NCBI GenBank assembly: GCA_022843175.1
Contig: JALHOE010000017.1
Location: 3,091-67,090, forward strand
Direction: 5' to 3'
Source of the DNA: Deltaproteobacteria bacterium
Lineage (GTDB): Bacteria > Myxococcota_A > Polyangia > Polyangiales > JADJMO01
DNA: 64,000 bases
Shown here: piece by piece, positions 35,555 to 45,780 of the stretch
How the letters are laid out: each line of letters begins with the position of its first letter
Position numbering within the stretch: position 1 is the first letter of the stretch
Position numbers and translations under genes: made by a program
The notes under the pieces: generated by a model
What the model was told of the DNA's origin: nothing
What the model saw: the letters and a program-made list of their open reading frames with translations, nothing else
Database searches by the model: none

Positions 35555-35588
35555 CGGAAACAACGGCGGCGGCTTCGGCTTCGCGTCG

Positions 35589-36716
35589 TCAGAGCGTCGG
35601 GCTCTGGACCGCCGCCGAGGGGGCCAGCGTCTCCGTGGGCGACGCCGGCCGGACCGCGATGCGACGGCTCCATCGCTGCGCGGGCACCTCGACCAAGCGG
35701 TACAGGCCAAACGCCGCGGCGAAGCTCGCGGCGTAGCCGAACGCCAAGCGGACGAGATCGCCAGCGACCGTCGGCGGCAGTCGGGTCCCGATCGCATGCA
35801 TGGCCATGCCGCCGGCCAGCGAGTGCATCAGATAGAAGCTGTACGAGACGCCTCCGAGCGCGATGAGCGGGCGCGATCCGAGGACTGCGCGAAGCGGCGA
35901 CCGCGCGGCGAGGACGATCACCGCGGCAGTCGCGAGCGCGGTCAACAGGGCGAGCTGCATGTGGAACGCGTTGCTCGCGAAGAGGACCGTCGCGGTGCCG
36001 AGACACCACGCGCGCGCCGAGGGAAGACGCATCGCTCGCTCGACGAGGACGCCGAGCGCGAAGACCGGCCACCACGCGAAGAACCACACATCTCCCGGCA
36101 GGTGTCCGGGGACGAGCCCGTAGATCGCGGCCGCGACCGCCGACGCCGAGAGCAACATCGTGAAGCCGCGATCGGGCGCCTTCGGGTCCGTCGCGTCGAG
36201 GAGGCGCAGGCGTTGACCCAGCAGGTGAAGCAGCGCGAGCGCGAGGTAGAGCTGGATCTCGAGGCAGAGGGTCCAGAAGATTCCGAGCAGGTTGGGGAGC
36301 CCGAGGATTCCCTGCAGATAGAGGAGGTGCGCGAGCACTCGGCCCAGCGTCGGACGCACCGGCCAATACGCCGGCCGGAGCACGGCGAGCGCGACGACAG
36401 CGAAGAGGGTGACCGCATACGGCGGATCGAGCCGCACCGTTCGGCGCAGCATGAAGCGACCGAGCGCGCGCGCGTCGAGCCGCACGGCGACGAGGCTCCT
36501 CGCGACCGCGAAGCCGCTGAGCACGAAGAAGATGTCGACGCCGAGGTTCGCGTGGGCGACGGCGCGCGAAATCCACGCGGGCAGCGCGCTGTCGAGGTTG
36601 GGCACCGAGCGCTGGAAATGCCACATCGAGACGAGCAGCGCGGCGAGGGCGCGCATGCCGTCGAGCGGAGCGAAACGCGCGTGGGTCGGGTCGACGGCGC
36701 GCGCCTCTCGTTGCAT
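35589..36716 (-). CDS. acyltransferase family 3 membrane protein
   Basis: FAPLDGMRALAALLVSMWHF...GVDIFFVLSGF is the Acyl_transf_3 N-terminal signature. Multi-TM throughout. Confidence 0.85.
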   Translation of the reverse strand: MQREARAVDPTHARFAPLDGMRALAALLVSMWHFQRSVPNLDSALPAWISRAVAHANLGVDIFFVLSGFAVARSLVAVRLDARALGRFMLRRTVRLDPPYAVTLFAVVALAVLRPAYWPVRPTLGRVLAHLLYLQGILGLPNLLGIFWTLCLEIQLYLALALLHLLGQRLRLLDATDPKAPDRGFTMLLSASAVAAAIYGLVPGHLPGDVWFFAWWPVFALGVLVERAMRLPSARAWCLGTATVLFASNAFHMQLALLTALATAAVIVLAARSPLRAVLGSRPLIALGGVSYSFYLMHSLAGGMAMHAIGTRLPPTVAGDLVRLAFGYAASFAAAFGLYRLVEVPAQRWSRRIAVRPASPTETLAPSAAVQSPTL

Positions 36717-36762
36717 CGAAGGGCGTGCAGCATACTCGACGGCGAGCCCCTGCCGGGAGCGC

Positions 36763-37923
36763 TCACGGCACCCGCAGGCGCGGCGGAGGCACCCACTCGT
36801 CCCACGACCCGTCGTAGCCGTCGTAGCGGATGAGGGCGAAGTCCTCGTCGACCTCCTGCACGCGCGCGCCCCACCACTGGCCGTGCCACTCGACCTCGAC
36901 CGGCTGTTTCGGCGCGATCGCGAGACCGACCGGCGCGCGCAGACGACCGACCGTGAGCCAAACGTCGGGCTCGGTGCGGGTCGGAACGTTCGTCAGGTAG
37001 ACGACGCGATACGCGCCGGCCCTCGCTTCTCCGATGCGCGCGCGGACCCACGTTCCCTCATGGGCGACTTCGACGTAATGGCCGACCTGGTAGGGCCCAT
37101 CGGTGTGCAGCGGCGCACGCTTCGGGTCGACTGCGCGCAACGCGAAGCTGCGATCGAAGCCCGCGGTGAACGCGCCGCGGGTGCGCTGCGACTCGACGAA
37201 GCGCATCTCGTTGTGAACGTGCGCGTCGAGCTCGCGGAACGACACGAAGCGGTCGCCGTCGGCATCGAGGAGGCCGTCGCCGGCGAACCCTGCGATCAGC
37301 GACTCGGTGAACGTCCAGCGATCGGTCGACGAGTCGAGCGCCGACGCCGAGGTGATCGACGCCGCCTGCACCGGCGAGTGGTCGTACCGCTTGACGACGT
37401 CGGCGAGGGCGCCCGAGTGGCAGCAGTCCGCGGTGAGCAGGAGCCGCGCGCCCTTGAAGGTGCGCTGCAAGATGTCGCCGAGCTCCTTCATCGAGAGGCC
37501 GGTGGACTCCGGGTGCTTGGCGTCGATGTCGTAGTTGGCGAAGTACGTGTCACCGGAGCGCATGCCATGGCCGGCGTAATAGACGATGAGCGTCCCGTCG
37601 CCGGGCACTTTGGCTGCGGTCGCCGCCAGTGATTTGGCGATCGCGCTCTTCGTGGCGGCCCGGTCCTCGAGGAAGACGATGTTGCTCGCGGGCACGCCGT
37701 CGGCGAGGAGCTGCGCTTCGAACGCGCGGTCCTTGCGACCCGGTTTGGGAAAGGTGCCGAGGGAGGTGTCCTGCCACTCGAGCACGCCGACGATCAACGC
37801 GTACGTCTTCCGTGGCTCGAGGGTGCGCGCCGCGGCGACCTCGTGGCCGACGCGATGAGGACGCACGCTCGCGCACCCGAAGAGCGCGAGGGAGGCCGAG
37901 AGCGCGAGTAGGGAGCGCCGCAT
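36763..37923 (-). CDS. caspase (peptidase C14) lipoprotein with two C-terminal Tudor/Agenet-like modules
   Basis: Lipobox LALFGCAS. Catalytic His in LIVYYAGHG and catalytic Cys in LLLTADCCHSG. The C-terminus has HYVEVAHEGTWVRARIGE...YRVVY and VEVEWHGQWWGARVQEVDEDFALIRYDGYDGSWDEWV. Confidence 0.8.
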   Translation of the reverse strand: MRRSLLALSASLALFGCASVRPHRVGHEVAAARTLEPRKTYALIVGVLEWQDTSLGTFPKPGRKDRAFEAQLLADGVPASNIVFLEDRAATKSAIAKSLAATAAKVPGDGTLIVYYAGHGMRSGDTYFANYDIDAKHPESTGLSMKELGDILQRTFKGARLLLTADCCHSGALADVVKRYDHSPVQAASITSASALDSSTDRWTFTESLIAGFAGDGLLDADGDRFVSFRELDAHVHNEMRFVESQRTRGAFTAGFDRSFALRAVDPKRAPLHTDGPYQVGHYVEVAHEGTWVRARIGEARAGAYRVVYLTNVPTRTEPDVWLTVGRLRAPVGLAIAPKQPVEVEWHGQWWGARVQEVDEDFALIRYDGYDGSWDEWVPPPRLRVP

Positions 37924-38084
37924 CGCCTTTCGTTGGACGTGGGGAGCCGCGAAACCTTCACCGAATATCTCTCACGATTCAGGCGGGTTCGTTCTCGGGC
38001 TGCTGTTCGTCTTGCCGCTTTCGGCCGCTACGCAGGCTTCGCGCGTGAACTGTCGGGTCCAGGCCGATCGGGTAGGCTCTCGAT

Positions 38085-40157
38085 GTGATCCGACTGCCGA
38101 CGGCCGCCGTCGCCGCCCTTCGGTCGCGCTTGTCGGCGCGCGCGGGCCGGCTTCCGCGCACTCTCGAGGGCGACGCGCTCGATGCTGCGCTCGTCGAGGA
38201 ATACGGCCCGCTCTGCGAGGCGATGTACCTGGTGATGGCGGCGGACGGCACGCTCGCCAGCGTCGAGCGCGACGTGATCCGCGGGGCGCTCCGTGAGCTC
38301 GACGAGCGGCTGCGCTCGCGGCACGTCGAGACGATGATGCGCGAAGCGCACGACGCGCTGACGCGCGACGGATGGACCGCGCGCCTTGCAGAGCTCTCGC
38401 GCACGCTGGCGGGCGATGCGGCGCGCTCGGAGGGCGCAGTCCTCCTCGGAGCCGCAGTGGCGTTCGCCGACAGCGTGTTCTCCGACGACGAGAACCACGT
38501 GATCTCGCTGCTCATGACGTCCCTGCGGATCGATCAGGCGCGCCGCGACGAGTTCATCATGATGCTCGAGAACGTCGACTCGAAGATGGCCGACGATCCG
38601 AAGGCCGACCCAGCCGACCTGTCGCTCCACGCCGCGATGCGACTGCACGCGCCCGAGGACCTCGAGTCGCTCGCCGCGAGTTGGGCCAAACGGCCCGAGG
38701 TGGCCTCGGTCATGCGCCTCTATGCGAGCTTCGTTCGCAGCTGTGAGGAGCTGCTCGAGAAGGCGACGTTGATGCCGAGCTCGATCTCGGCGGCGCGAAT
38801 CGGAGCCCTCCGAACGTTCGCCGAGGCGCTGCCCGATGGGCCGAGCCCGCGCCTCGACGATCTGCGCCAGGCGTTCGGCAGGCTCTCGGGCGCGCTCGAG
38901 TACGTCAATCGCACCACCGGGCTGCGGCCGATGGTCGATCCGAATCAGTCGCCGGCCCCGATCGTGGCGCTCGAGCTCGCGCTCGCCCGGGTAGCCCAGA
39001 TGGTCACGCGTGCGGAGCGGCGGCTCGGCCGCCTCACGGAGCTCACGCCGATCCCCGGGGATCTGAAGCCGGCCATCGAGGCGGTCGTCGCCACCCACAC
39101 GCCGGACGCGCGCCGCGCGCTGCACGAGGCGATCGAGCGCACCGCCGAGTGGTGCGCACATGCGCTCCCGGGGCCGGTGTCGGCGACGCTCGATCATGCG
39201 CTGCGAAGGTTGCCGCAGATGCCGATCGAGCGACCGAGCGCGCAGCCGCCGCCCGAGAGCGACGAAGCGCCGCTCCCCGAGTGGGTGCCGAGCAGGCGCA
39301 CCATCGGCGGGTTCTACCTCATCCGCCCGCTCGGATCGGGCAGCACTGCCAGCGTCTTCGTGGTGTGCCGCGCCGAGGACCGCGAAGAGAAGAATCCGCA
39401 GCACTTCGCCCTCAAGGTGCCGCAGTTCGACGCGGTCGCGGCGCAGAGCGTGTCGGAGTCGGAGTTCTTCGCGCTGTTCCGCGAGGAGGCGGGCGCGCTC
39501 CTCGCGCTCCCCGACCACCCGAACCTCGCCGGGTTCGTCACCTTCGACGCGCGCGCACGGCCCAAGCCGATCCTGGTGATGGAGCTCATCGAGGGCGTCG
39601 ATTGCGACACGCTGCTCCGCGAGAAGCGCATGGACGCGCCGCGCGCGCTCTCGATCCTCGACGGCGTGCTGTGCGGCCTCGCCGAGATGCACGCGCGGGG
39701 CATCGGTCACCTCGACATCAAACCCTCCAACGTGGTGCTCCGCGACGGCAAGGAGCCGGTGCTCGTCGACTTCGGCCTGGCCGGGCGTCGCATCCGGCCG
39801 TGGTGCGCCACGCCTCCGTACGCAGCGCCCGAGGTGTGGGGTCACGTCGTGAGCGGGCGCGCGACGCCGATGAGCGCCGACGTCTACGCGTTCGGATGCC
39901 TCGCTTGGGAGCTCCTCACCGGTCGTCCGCTGTTCGACGGTCCGAACGCGACCAGCTTGATGCACACCCACCTCGGCCACGACGGCGGACCGGAAGAGCT
40001 GCGCAAGTTGATCCGAGATCCCGCGCGACGCGCGCTCGCGACCGCGATCTCGGCCTGTCTGCGGAAAGATCCCGAGTCACGTCCCGCGGTCGAGACGCTT
40101 CGCCTCGAGTTCAAGCGTATCGCTGCGAGCGCGACCGCGACGTGGCCCCTCGCGTGA
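38085..40157 (+). CDS. Ser/Thr protein kinase with N-terminal TerB-like domain
   Basis: The N-terminus YGPLCEAMYLVMAADGTLASVERDVIRGAL resembles the TerB/DjlA-N fold. Kinase motifs: GSGSTASVF, FALKVP, HLDIKPSNVVL (non-RD), DFGLAG, YAAPEV. Confidence 0.85.
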   Translation: MIRLPTAAVAALRSRLSARAGRLPRTLEGDALDAALVEEYGPLCEAMYLVMAADGTLASVERDVIRGALRELDERLRSRHVETMMREAHDALTRDGWTARLAELSRTLAGDAARSEGAVLLGAAVAFADSVFSDDENHVISLLMTSLRIDQARRDEFIMMLENVDSKMADDPKADPADLSLHAAMRLHAPEDLESLAASWAKRPEVASVMRLYASFVRSCEELLEKATLMPSSISAARIGALRTFAEALPDGPSPRLDDLRQAFGRLSGALEYVNRTTGLRPMVDPNQSPAPIVALELALARVAQMVTRAERRLGRLTELTPIPGDLKPAIEAVVATHTPDARRALHEAIERTAEWCAHALPGPVSATLDHALRRLPQMPIERPSAQPPPESDEAPLPEWVPSRRTIGGFYLIRPLGSGSTASVFVVCRAEDREEKNPQHFALKVPQFDAVAAQSVSESEFFALFREEAGALLALPDHPNLAGFVTFDARARPKPILVMELIEGVDCDTLLREKRMDAPRALSILDGVLCGLAEMHARGIGHLDIKPSNVVLRDGKEPVLVDFGLAGRRIRPWCATPPYAAPEVWGHVVSGRATPMSADVYAFGCLAWELLTGRPLFDGPNATSLMHTHLGHDGGPEELRKLIRDPARRALATAISACLRKDPESRPAVETLRLEFKRIAASATATWPLA

Positions 40158-40175
40158 AGTGAGCCGAGCACCCCG

Positions 40176-41432
40176 ATGGACGGGTTCGCGTTCCCGCGCG
40201 AGCGCATCGCCGGCGTGGGGTTCGGCTATCGTCGGCAGATGGAAACGCTGGATCTGCCTGTCGATCCGCCGCGCTCCAGCGACGCGGTGCTCGCGTTCGT
40301 GCGTGCTGCGCTCTCTGAGCTCGATCCCGCCGCACGCGCGGTCGATCTGAGGGAGTCGGACACCACCGAGCACTCCGAACCGAGCGACGGCTACGCGTTC
40401 TTCACCTCGCGGCACGAGACGCTCTACGGAACGCCGCGCCTCGGGTTCCTCGCCGAGACGGTGTACGAGCACGACGAGTGCCAGGGCATGCCGCGCGAAA
40501 CCATCGTCCGCCGCACGATACGCGGCGTGGGTCTGCGGGCCGGACGCTCCCTCGTGTACGCCGAGGACCTGCTCGATGGAAAGCCGGGCTTCCACCTCGA
40601 GGGCGAACCCTTGGAGCTGGCTGCGTGTCTCGATCGGTTCTACTCCGACCTGCTCCGGTGCACCGTCGAAGCGGACGAGGCGCTCCGCGCGCTGCGCGCC
40701 CTGTACGGGTTCACGCAGCTCTCCGCCCTCTCGCCGCGCGCGCCGTTCGAGCCCGCGGCGATCGAGCCCGCCGGTGGCGGCGATGTGGCGGCCGCGGTGC
40801 AAGCGCTCGACGAGCTCCTGCGTGCCGAGCCGGAACACCCCACGGCCCGGTGGTACCGCGCTCAGCTCTACGCTCGCGCGGGCGACGCAGTCGCTGCGGA
40901 GGCCGCGCTCGCGCGATGGCGCGCCGCCCATCCAGACGACTCCGAGGCGGTGATCGCGCTCGCCCACGTGCGTCTCCAACGCGGCAACGCGGCCGCCGCG
41001 CTCACGGCGCTCGACACCGTCCCCGAGAGCGGTCGCACCGTGCAGTACCACGCCACGCGCTTCGAGGTGCTCTACCGTCTCGAGCGCTACGCCGACGCGC
41101 TGAGCGCCCTCGCGCCCTGGTCCTCGTGCAGCGCCCGCGCATGGGTCGGGCCCACGCTCGGCGAAGTCGAGGCAACGCTGCTGCGCATGCGCCTGCACCA
41201 CCTGCTCGGCGACCGTGCCGCAGCGCTTCGCGCGTGGCAGCTGGCCCTGACGAGCAATGCCCACTACGCCCGCCGTCTGCTGCTCGATGACTCCCGAGCG
41301 GAGCCGTCGCGCGAGCCACGCGCGTCGAGCCCCTTGGATCCGTGGATCACCCGTTACCTCGAGCCGTCGTGGGTGGCGGAGCTTCGCGCGGATCCGGAGT
41401 TCGAAGCGCTGATGCGCCCGCCATCGGGGTGA
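40176..41432 (+). CDS. TPR repeat-containing protein
   Basis: Starts 18 nt after the kinase stop. TPR-like helices: WYRAQLYARAGDAVAAEAALARWRAAHPDDSEAVIALAHVRLQRGNAAAA. Confidence 0.7.
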   Translation: MDGFAFPRERIAGVGFGYRRQMETLDLPVDPPRSSDAVLAFVRAALSELDPAARAVDLRESDTTEHSEPSDGYAFFTSRHETLYGTPRLGFLAETVYEHDECQGMPRETIVRRTIRGVGLRAGRSLVYAEDLLDGKPGFHLEGEPLELAACLDRFYSDLLRCTVEADEALRALRALYGFTQLSALSPRAPFEPAAIEPAGGGDVAAAVQALDELLRAEPEHPTARWYRAQLYARAGDAVAAEAALARWRAAHPDDSEAVIALAHVRLQRGNAAAALTALDTVPESGRTVQYHATRFEVLYRLERYADALSALAPWSSCSARAWVGPTLGEVEATLLRMRLHHLLGDRAAALRAWQLALTSNAHYARRLLLDDSRAEPSREPRASSPLDPWITRYLEPSWVAELRADPEFEALMRPPSG

Positions 41433-41451
41433 GCGCGTTCCCGGGAGCAGC

Positions 41452-42639
41452 TCATTCCTCGGGCGGCTTGCGCCAGCCGATCGCGATCGCTCCCACCGCG
41501 ACCAGCGCGAGCCGCCACCACTCGGCCGTCGCACGTGTGCCGAGCTGCTCCACCACGCCGTTGCGAGCGATCGCCGGCAACGTCGACCTCGGATCGACAT
41601 CCTCCAGCCGAACCGCCCACACATCGCCGACGCGGACCGTGGTCGTGTTGTTGAGTGTGATGACGCGGCTCGCGCCGCTGAACGTCGTCTCCACGGGACG
41701 ACCGCGGGTCGCTCGCAGCAGGTAACCGGTGAGGAGGGAAGCGGGAGCGAGCGAGACGAACAACCACGCCGCCGCGGCGATGGCCGCCCGTGACACGCGG
41801 CGCGCAGCGAGAACGGCGAGCGGCGTCTCCGACCAACCGATCGGCGGATGGAGCGAGATCGATTTCCGATAGACGCCCTCGCGGTAGCCGATCCCTTCCA
41901 CCGTCGCATCGCGCTCCGCGAGCCGTCCGAGCACATACACGGCGCGCGAAACCTCGGGCAGGGCGAGGGCCCCGGCGTGCACGACCACCTCTTCGCCGGA
42001 CGGCAGGGCGAGGGTGAAGCGCCCCTCGGCGCCCTCCGTGGCGACGACGGTACCGGAGAGCATCGTCTCCTCGCCCTCGACGGTGCTCGGTCCGCGCCGC
42101 GCGATCGCGCGCAGCCGGCGCCATTCGCGGAGCTGACGCAAGACACCGGCTCCGCGTCGGAAGACGACGAAGAGAACGAGCATCGGCATCAGACCGAAAG
42201 CGACCGCCTGGCTCACGATCGGCGGCGCATGATCGGATGCGCGAAGCGCGCTGCGCTCTTCAACCGTCAGCGGCTGAAACTGCCGTGGGAGGGGAGGGGC
42301 GAGCACGACCAGCCAGTCGTGGACGCACTTGAGCACGTTGTCGGCATTCAACTTCTTCTGCGCGAGGTCGGTCGGCTTCTGCCCGCGGAGCGGGTGCATG
42401 CAGGTGACGAGCATCCCCTCGAACCCGGGGGGGATGTGTTGGGCGTTCCGCAGCGTGAAGTAGTGCGCCGGAGCACCGGGTTCGATCGAGCACGGGCCGC
42501 CCTCCCCGCACGCGCGCTCGTACCACACGCACTTCGTGATGCAGGCGGAGGTGGCGAACATGTCCTCCACCTCCTGGGTCAGCCGCCGCGAGAAGAGCTC
42601 GCCCGTCGCGGCTCGACACAGGTCGCGGCAGGTCGCCAT
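41452..42639 (-). CDS. hypothetical membrane protein with Cys-rich N-terminal domain
   Basis: 395-aa ORF with TM segments (AVAFGLMPMLVLFVVF, AAIAAAAWLFVSLAPASLL, WWRLALVAVGAIAIGW). No family recognised. Confidence 0.65.
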   Translation of the reverse strand: MATCRDLCRAATGELFSRRLTQEVEDMFATSACITKCVWYERACGEGGPCSIEPGAPAHYFTLRNAQHIPPGFEGMLVTCMHPLRGQKPTDLAQKKLNADNVLKCVHDWLVVLAPPLPRQFQPLTVEERSALRASDHAPPIVSQAVAFGLMPMLVLFVVFRRGAGVLRQLREWRRLRAIARRGPSTVEGEETMLSGTVVATEGAEGRFTLALPSGEEVVVHAGALALPEVSRAVYVLGRLAERDATVEGIGYREGVYRKSISLHPPIGWSETPLAVLAARRVSRAAIAAAAWLFVSLAPASLLTGYLLRATRGRPVETTFSGASRVITLNNTTTVRVGDVWAVRLEDVDPRSTLPAIARNGVVEQLGTRATAEWWRLALVAVGAIAIGWRKPPEE

Positions 42640-42703
42640 TCGGCGAGCCTACCGGGTACGCTCACCGAGACGAAACGCACCGCGAGTCACTGCCCCCCCC
42701 GGG

Positions 42704-43342
42704 GTGGCCGCGGCCGCGGGGACGCGATATTCCTACGTCATCGCTCGCTCGATCCTCGCTGCTGCGCTCGCGATCGTGGCCTGTTCGCGAGGCGGCGCCG
42801 ATCCTCGCGCGCAGCCGATCGTGCCCCCACCGCCGGCTTCGACGCCGCCGCCGGTCACGGCCTCCGCACCCGTGACGAGCGCGAAGCCCGAGTCCGGGCC
42901 CGACGAGCGGCCGATGCCCAAAGCGATCTGGGGAACGCTCGTGTACCTCGGATCGACCAACGAGAACTATCTCCTCATGACCGCGAGCGCCGCGGCGCAG
43001 GGCCCGGTGCTGGGCAAGCCGCAGCGCTGCTTTCGCACGACCGACTCTCCGAAGCCGTTCTCGCTCGGCGCGATCTCGTTCGAGAGCAGCGCGCGCGTGC
43101 TCTTTCGCGTGCGCGATTGGGCGACGCAGGGCGACGCGGGCGGCCCCGAGGACGCGCTGTGGTCGTGCAACCTCGATGGCTCGTCGCCGGTGCGCGATCC
43201 CAAGTCGACCGGGTGGATCGTGCGCAGGCAATACCGCAAGGAGAGGTGGGACGTCGTCGCGGTTCCGCCGGAGGGTTCGAGCGAGGAGCCCATCACGTTG
43301 GCGTCGGACACGTGGAGCTCGGCGTTCGCTCCGCTGCCCTGA
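42704..43342 (+). CDS. hypothetical lipoprotein
   Basis: GTG 42704 gives MAAAAGTRYSYVIARSILAAALAIVACS (lipobox). The upstream part of ORF 42536.. overlaps the divergent gene. Start uncertain. Confidence 0.55.
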   Translation: MAAAAGTRYSYVIARSILAAALAIVACSRGGADPRAQPIVPPPPASTPPPVTASAPVTSAKPESGPDERPMPKAIWGTLVYLGSTNENYLLMTASAAAQGPVLGKPQRCFRTTDSPKPFSLGAISFESSARVLFRVRDWATQGDAGGPEDALWSCNLDGSSPVRDPKSTGWIVRRQYRKERWDVVAVPPEGSSEEPITLASDTWSSAFAPLP

Positions 43343-43401
43343 CGGTTGGTGACGGTTCGCCCCGGCAGCCGACGAGGACGCCGCTCCTCCCGCGCTGGCA
43401 G

Positions 43402-44343
43402 CTACTGGATCGTTACACCGTAGGCGCCGAAGCTCGAACGCAGCTGCCATGCGTTCTTGCAGCCAGTGCCGCCGATGCAGGTGTCACCGATCTCGGGGTA
43501 GGTGCCGTCCGGGTTCTTCTTGCATGTCTGCGTGGCCTCGTCGGTCTTGGTCGAGTCGTCGACGAGGATCGCGCACAGGCTGCGACAACCGAGCGACTTG
43601 ACCGGCATCTTGTCGGCGTCCTCGACGAGGATCTTCCCCTCGATCAGGCCGGAGGTCTTCCAGCCGAGCGAGTCCGGATCGCACCAATAGTCGCGCTCCC
43701 AGCTGCCGATGCAGCTTCCATCCGGAGACAGCTGCACGTCTTTGAACTGAACCTCGGTGAGCGGCAGCACGATCGGGATCGACTCCGAGTAGATCGGGAT
43801 GTTGAGCTTGTCGATCAAGGCGCTCGCGTACTTGCCGTTCGCGAGCGTGACGGCGACGGTCTTCGGCCGCAGGCTCAGGGGCGCGCCGACGAAGCCCGGA
43901 CACAGCACCGCGAGGTGAAAGCCGTCGACGCCCTCGTCGAGGTATTTGTACGTCCGGCCGTCTGCGGCGGGCCGCGCGCCCCCGGTGGTGAGCGTGCCCG
44001 CCTTCTTGTCGAGGCGGAGCAGCCAGTTGAAGCCGTCGCGACCGGAGTCGAAGCAACGCGGGTTGACGTTCGGGTTGATGGCCGTGCGCGTGATCGCCAC
44101 GAGGGACGCCGGTGCGACGGGAAGCTGCCGACCGATCCGCAACATGCTGACGTCACCGTGTTGCGCGACGGGCGCCATGCAGGGATGGTCGGGGCAGCTC
44201 TGCACCTTCGCGAAGTCACTGCACTTCGCGGCGGTCGGACTGCGGCCGCACACCGGGGGACACACCTCCACCGGCGACGTCCCCGTCTCGGTGCTCTCGC
44301 AGCCCACGACCGAGATCCCGAACAGAACGATGATCCATCGCAT
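43402..44343 (-). CDS. hypothetical Cys-rich lipoprotein (distant paralogue of 9019..10149)
   Basis: ATG 44343 gives MRWIIVLFGISVVGC (lipobox). It shares blocks with 9019..10149: WLLRLDKK vs LLLRLDN, and IPIVLPLTEVQF vs ILMPLDSAVMSF. Confidence 0.7.
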   Translation of the reverse strand: MRWIIVLFGISVVGCESTETGTSPVEVCPPVCGRSPTAAKCSDFAKVQSCPDHPCMAPVAQHGDVSMLRIGRQLPVAPASLVAITRTAINPNVNPRCFDSGRDGFNWLLRLDKKAGTLTTGGARPAADGRTYKYLDEGVDGFHLAVLCPGFVGAPLSLRPKTVAVTLANGKYASALIDKLNIPIYSESIPIVLPLTEVQFKDVQLSPDGSCIGSWERDYWCDPDSLGWKTSGLIEGKILVEDADKMPVKSLGCRSLCAILVDDSTKTDEATQTCKKNPDGTYPEIGDTCIGGTGCKNAWQLRSSFGAYGVTIQ

Positions 44344-44562
44344 AGCCACCCCCACGCTTCCCAGCGTATCAGAAAGGTGGACGCAAGCAGCAGCCGTCGC
44401 CCGTCGCTCGTACCCGACGAGGAGACGCGCAGGAACCTGCACGCTTTGCGCCGAGGAGGCGACCACGAGCGCTACGACGCGACCGTCGACGCCGAGGTGT
44501 CCCTCGCTGAGCTGCGAGCACGCGGGGGCACGCGGTGTGACCGGGTGACTCGCGCAGCGGAC

Positions 44563-45780
44563 TCACTCGAGAAAAGCGATGTCATCGAGCTCGTACCCCT
44601 TTGCGTAAACCGGATTGGCGAGGCCACACTCGTCGAACCAGCTGCCTCGCGATTGGTACGCAAGGAGGTACGGACCGCGCCCGGGCAGCGCGACGGTCGC
44701 GTCGGCTCCGGCGCAGTCGACTGGAACGTCAACACGGTCGCCGTCGCGCGTGATCAACACCACATAGCCGGGTGCAGTCCGCGTGGGGATGCAGCGCAAG
44801 CGATGACGAATGCGCACGCTCTTCGCGGTCGGCGCATCCGCCAGCCCGACCGCCAGGGATAGGGTTAGTCCATCCGCCTTCGGGTCGAGCACCAACTTGC
44901 CTTCGACAACGATCGCCGAGGGGATGACGGACATCGCATCGGGTGGTGGAGCGGTTGCGAAGGTCAGATCGGTAGCGACCGCCTTCAGGGGGGTGAACGC
45001 AAGCGGGCGGATCGCAGGTAGCGCACGACCCGCGAGATCGCGCAGACCGTCGGAGACAAACGTGATCGTGGCGCTGAGGGGGATCCTCAACATCGGAATG
45101 GTGATCGTCGAACGTTCCAGCGTCGGAGCGATTGCCACCGGCGCGCCGTCGACTTTCAAGGTCAGCGCAGGAAGCGTCGCGGGATCGAGAGGCGCTTGCG
45201 TGGTGAGCGAGAGTGCGTCGAACCCGGGACTTGGCGGGCGTACAAGCCACTCGGACGGAGGCCCGAGCCGCCGCGCACGGCACAGTCTGCCCACGGCATC
45301 GAACTCGCGAACGATGTCGGTCGTGGAGTCGTTCCCGTGGAACCTTACGCGCAGTCCACGGTCGGGCCCCATCAGCCAGGCCTCGAGTCGGAAGAAGCAC
45401 GCGGGCTTGCTGATGACGAAGGGACCGGCAGATCCGTCCTCGCCAATGACGGCGGAGGCCACCGCTCCGGATTGGCTGTCGGACGTCAGCAGCGCGGTGC
45501 GCCCGGGGTGACGTCCTTCCGGAAACAGCAACACGAGCGCTAGCTCTCGCGGCGGCCCGGCCTCTTCGTCGAAGAGAGCTCCAGTGAGCAGGCCGCCCCA
45601 CCGTTGACTGGTGCCCGTCAGCTTGCATTCGGTCCAAGTGAAGTCGACGACCCCGGGGGCGGCCGCGGCATCCGCGGATCCGTCGAGTGCCGTCGGCTCC
45701 CCGTCGCCAGAGTCCGCGGGCTCTTCGCGCGGGCTCGTCTGACAGCCGAGGAGCAGTGCGAGCCACGCGAAGTAGCGCAC
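44563..45780 (-). CDS. hypothetical lipoprotein
   Basis: GTG 45780 gives MRYFAWLALLLGC (lipobox). 405 aa with protein-like composition. The upstream part of ORF 44563..46224 is Arg/Pro-rich junk. Confidence 0.65.
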   Translation of the reverse strand: MRYFAWLALLLGCQTSPREEPADSGDGEPTALDGSADAAAAPGVVDFTWTECKLTGTSQRWGGLLTGALFDEEAGPPRELALVLLFPEGRHPGRTALLTSDSQSGAVASAVIGEDGSAGPFVISKPACFFRLEAWLMGPDRGLRVRFHGNDSTTDIVREFDAVGRLCRARRLGPPSEWLVRPPSPGFDALSLTTQAPLDPATLPALTLKVDGAPVAIAPTLERSTITIPMLRIPLSATITFVSDGLRDLAGRALPAIRPLAFTPLKAVATDLTFATAPPPDAMSVIPSAIVVEGKLVLDPKADGLTLSLAVGLADAPTAKSVRIRHRLRCIPTRTAPGYVVLITRDGDRVDVPVDCAGADATVALPGRGPYLLAYQSRGSWFDECGLANPVYAKGYELDDIAFLE

